NCBI GenBank assembly: GCA_905178155.1
Contig: CAJINV010000013.1
Coordinates: 2,422,281 to 2,486,280 of the forward strand
Direction of reading: 5' to 3'
DNA from: Amoebophrya sp. A120
Taxonomy: Eukaryota > Protista > Dinoflagellata
DNA length: 64,000 nucleotides
Shown: piece after piece, positions 60,737-64,000 of the stretch
Position numbering within the stretch: position 1 is the stretch's first letter
Layout: each line of letters starts with the position of its first letter
Notes under the pieces: generated by a model
Told to the model about the DNA's origin: nothing
Databases searched by the model: none
What the model saw: only the letters and a program-made list of their open reading frames with translations
Made by a program: the position numbers and the translations under genes

Positions 60737-62110
60737 CTCCTCGACGACCTCATCTCCGCACATTACCTGGCGAACTTTGAAATAGTTCTACCAGTCCTTC
60801 TTCTCCTGATGCAGTGGTACAGCACCACTCAAAACGGACGATTTTGAAAGTAATTTTTCCGGAAATAATTTCCGGAACTTCATCTACCAATACAACCAGA
60901 AAGATATAGGAATATCCAGCACAGCAATGCAGCGGAGCCGGGGATACGGAGACCAGCCTTCGAGTAGGCTCCACAATAATTTACAAATAATTATCACGAA
61001 GAATAGCTACGGGCTATACCGGATATAAACAAGCAGTGCCACCGACTACACTTTTCGCTGGGTGTCCAGCATGACAACTTCCACTTCTCCTCCAGCAGCA
61101 GTTTCCGGAGCTCACCACAATACTTTCTAGGAGGCGGAGAAATGATTTTGGTGCAGTTTTCGCTGTCACGCGGTGTCACGCGGTGGCGCGGAAGCTGCTG
61201 GCGGAAAAAATATTTATGTAAACACACATTTAATTTTGTTTCTTCACTTGATCATAGAAAAGCACATTTGTCAAGCAAGTCTGCTATTCAGATTTTCATC
61301 TCGAAGAGAGCAAAATCATCAGACCACGGCTCGACCTTGATATGAGTATGAACATTTGTTTTTGGTAGAGCCGGAAAATACAGCTCCTCGCACCAGAGCA
61401 GTCGCCTCATCCTCCGGCCGGTTGCCCGCCTTGCTACAATGTTCACGTTGTTCCCGCACCGGTTCCACCTGTTTTCTCCTTCGCATCCGATCCTGCAAGA
61501 GTCTCAGGCTCACCAAAATCAAGACGACGCTCTCCACTGGAACAAAAATGGCCTGGTCTAGCACGAGAAACCACAGCTCTGATCTTCCACCACAATCCAC
61601 AGCGCCGCGAGACAAAAACGATGATCTGGAGCGGTTCCATTAGAAGCTTCAGCGCGAAGATGAAATTGGTTCTGGAAAAGGGTCGAGCAACTTTGGTCCT
61701 TGGGTCTTTCGCACGAACGGTTCCGAAATGAAGAAAAAGCCGGCCTCTCATGCAAATCCGCGACGATCTTTTGCTACGTAATTTTTACATTTTGCCTTTC
61801 CGTCGTTGCGTCCTCATGCGTTTCGATATGCAAGCACTTCCAGGGATTGCGTTCTGCACTTTTGCGCAGACGAACAGCGGGCGAGCTTCGCCTTTTCTAG
61901 ACGTTTAGATAGAAACAACTAAACTATCATCATTTCGCATCTTCGACCTTCGTATTGCGCATCACAAATATTTCGAACTGCTGCTTGCAGCTGAAAAACA
62001 AGTTCAAAATGGCTCAGGTTTATCCAGTGTCAAACTCTCCTCAGCCAAAAACTGTCATGCTGGCGACGTCTTCTTTTGCAGATCCACGACATGCATGAAT
62101 AGCATGACAG

Positions 62111-63760
62111 ATTTTGGCTGTGGAGAAAGTTTGCCATTGGATACGGACACCAAGAAACTGGTTGAGAACGGCGTTCTCTACCTGCAGCGCATGCTCGCCC
62201 CGAGCGTCGCCTGCAACTGGCAGCGGCAGAAATTTCCCTTGCGGAAAAAGTGGGCCGAGTGGCGCTGCAAACTGGAGCAGGATGAGGTCTGGATCATGGC
62301 TCAGGGGCTCAACTTGGAAGCTGGGTGCTGTAAGCGTGAGATGGGACAGGAGATGGCACAGCTGTCTTGTTCGTGTAGAGTTTTTTTGTTCTCCATGGGC
62401 GTTAGCTTCAAGATCCACTGCTCACGTGATGTGCTGCTCTCCCTACATCGTATGAAAGGTTGAAAGTGCTTTGCAGAGGCGGCTCCGCTGTTTCCGCGTA
62501 GCCTTTCGCCAACTCCACCAGCCTGGCAGGCAGCATTACAAATTCCCTCTCGATGAGAATTCCGCATGACAGATTTCATATTATGTGCTTTTCCGCATTA
62601 CAAATTTTATCAGGCCCTGTTTCTCAAGTGGATGAAGTCGCGCGGGTACAGCGAACAGGTGAAGATGTGGCTGAACAGTGTCCGCTTCAAGCCCGTGGAC
62701 CTCGATGACGACGACCGTTTGCTGCTGGTGTCGCAGGCACTTGAAAAGGCGTACACCGAGGACGAGATGTCGTACCACATGCAGCTGGTACATGTTTATT
62801 CTGTTAAGGATTCCAATCGGTTCGTATTTCGTATTTGATGATAGCAGCCTTCGTTGATGCTCCTCTGCCGCTGAGCTGGTCGCATTTTCCCGCTTTTCCC
62901 CGTGGATAGAAAAACAAACTGCTATCAGGTTTCCCTCGTTCGCGGTACGCTCGACATTGTGATCTTCATGTGCAACCTGCTCGGCAGTGCCCGCTTCGAG
63001 TACCCGGCCGAGTACAGCAAGATGAGTGACCAGGTGTGGCAAAAAACTTTGAACATTCAGACCGATGACAGCACCAAGGGACAGGAGAAAAAAACCTCCT
63101 TTGCGGTACAGTTCTTGCTTATTTTCTAGCTTGAAAACGTTTGAAGTTTAGATTTTGTGATGCAAAAGCGCATAGATGAAGATCGCGACATCATGCAAAT
63201 TGAAAAATCTGTCATGCACAACTCAGGTGTGCTTGACATTCCTGCTGCAGCCCGTCCGCAAGTACGTCACCTACTTCTACCCGTTGACTCTCCAGCGTCC
63301 GAGCCAGCGGATCCAGGGCGGGCGGAACCCCACCCACTCCACCGCGCAGGGCAAGGCCGTCGACCTGTTCCGGCTGATCCATTGGTTGGGGGGCGGGGCC
63401 TTGGTGAAGAAGTTGCTCGGGCCGTTTTCTTCCGGGTGGAGGCACACCGTCGTTATCGACGGCGACCAAGACGAGAGTCAAGTACGCAGCGGCTTGGGGC
63501 TTGGGTTGGTGTTATGCTCAGTCACGAGACTGGGCATACACCACCGCCTTAGCAACATCGTCAACCGCATCTACATCGGCCTCGCCCGGGTCCGCGAGTG
63601 TCTCCGCGACTTCCTGCGGGGGCAGTACGCCCGCAATTCGCTCCGGGGTGCATACGAAGATGCGCGGCAACGTTTGATCTCGAAGTGCCTGGACGAAGGG
63701 TTTCGCCTGCAGCGGGTGGAGCGGCAGACCGGGCTTTCGACCCTCGAAGCCTTGAAAAAA
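62111..63760 (+). CDS. Spliced globular protein of unknown function, probably continuing past the window
   Basis: In-frame exons 62111-62286, 62614-62787, 62929-63033 and 63227-~63760 joined by GT-AG introns. Confidence 0.65.
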
Positions 63761-64000
63761 TGTACTCTATTTATTGTGATTTCTAGCATAACAAACTCTA
63801 TTTCTAGCATAACAAATTCTATTTCCATCTCGCATGAACATGTACGAAAAGAAAAGCGCGCACTTCGGTTCATCGGAGTTTGCTTTTGGAAAAGCTAAAA
63901 GCGCAAGCTTTGTCATGCAAAGTTGCAAGCTTTTCCGTTTTCAAAGTTGCGCGCTTTCGACTTGGAGATAATCTCCAAAAAGTTGCTTTTTGGAAATGAC

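Overview
Eukaryotic genomic DNA in which every gene I could model lies on the + strand. Genes are intron-rich, mixing ordinary GT-AG introns with non-canonical introns that are small transposon-like elements (introners). This architecture matches what is known for the parasitic dinoflagellate Amoebophrya (Syndiniales); the taxon is an inference. I found about 30 introners of roughly 115-410 nt, nearly all with TA(T)...ATA termini, terminal inverted repeats (TIRs) and a 5-nt flanking direct repeat, which is perfect in 12 cases. In nearly every case removing the element plus 5 nt restores the host reading frame (26130 and 49155 are unresolved). Recognisable genes are a centrin, a C3HC4 RING protein, an ACC-synthase-like class I/II aminotransferase, a long coiled-coil protein, an MA3/PDCD4-like protein, a truncated ankyrin protein and a 7-exon proteorhodopsin-type rhodopsin. 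The rhodopsin has DTE, His75, Gln105 and the retinal Lys, plus a ~150-aa E-F loop insert and a C-terminal tail. Most notable: (1) an unpaired introner TIR at 57380 interrupts the ankyrin gene and is followed by >6.6 kb carrying its own spliced genes, a candidate giant or autonomous parent element; (2) the same introner families are inserted in both orientations in + strand genes; (3) the modified proteorhodopsin; (4) a 2.6-kb TIR element with a perfect 5-bp target-site duplication (TSD) and internal TTTAGGG-like repeats. All alignments were done by eye; exact splice points can slide within the direct repeats.
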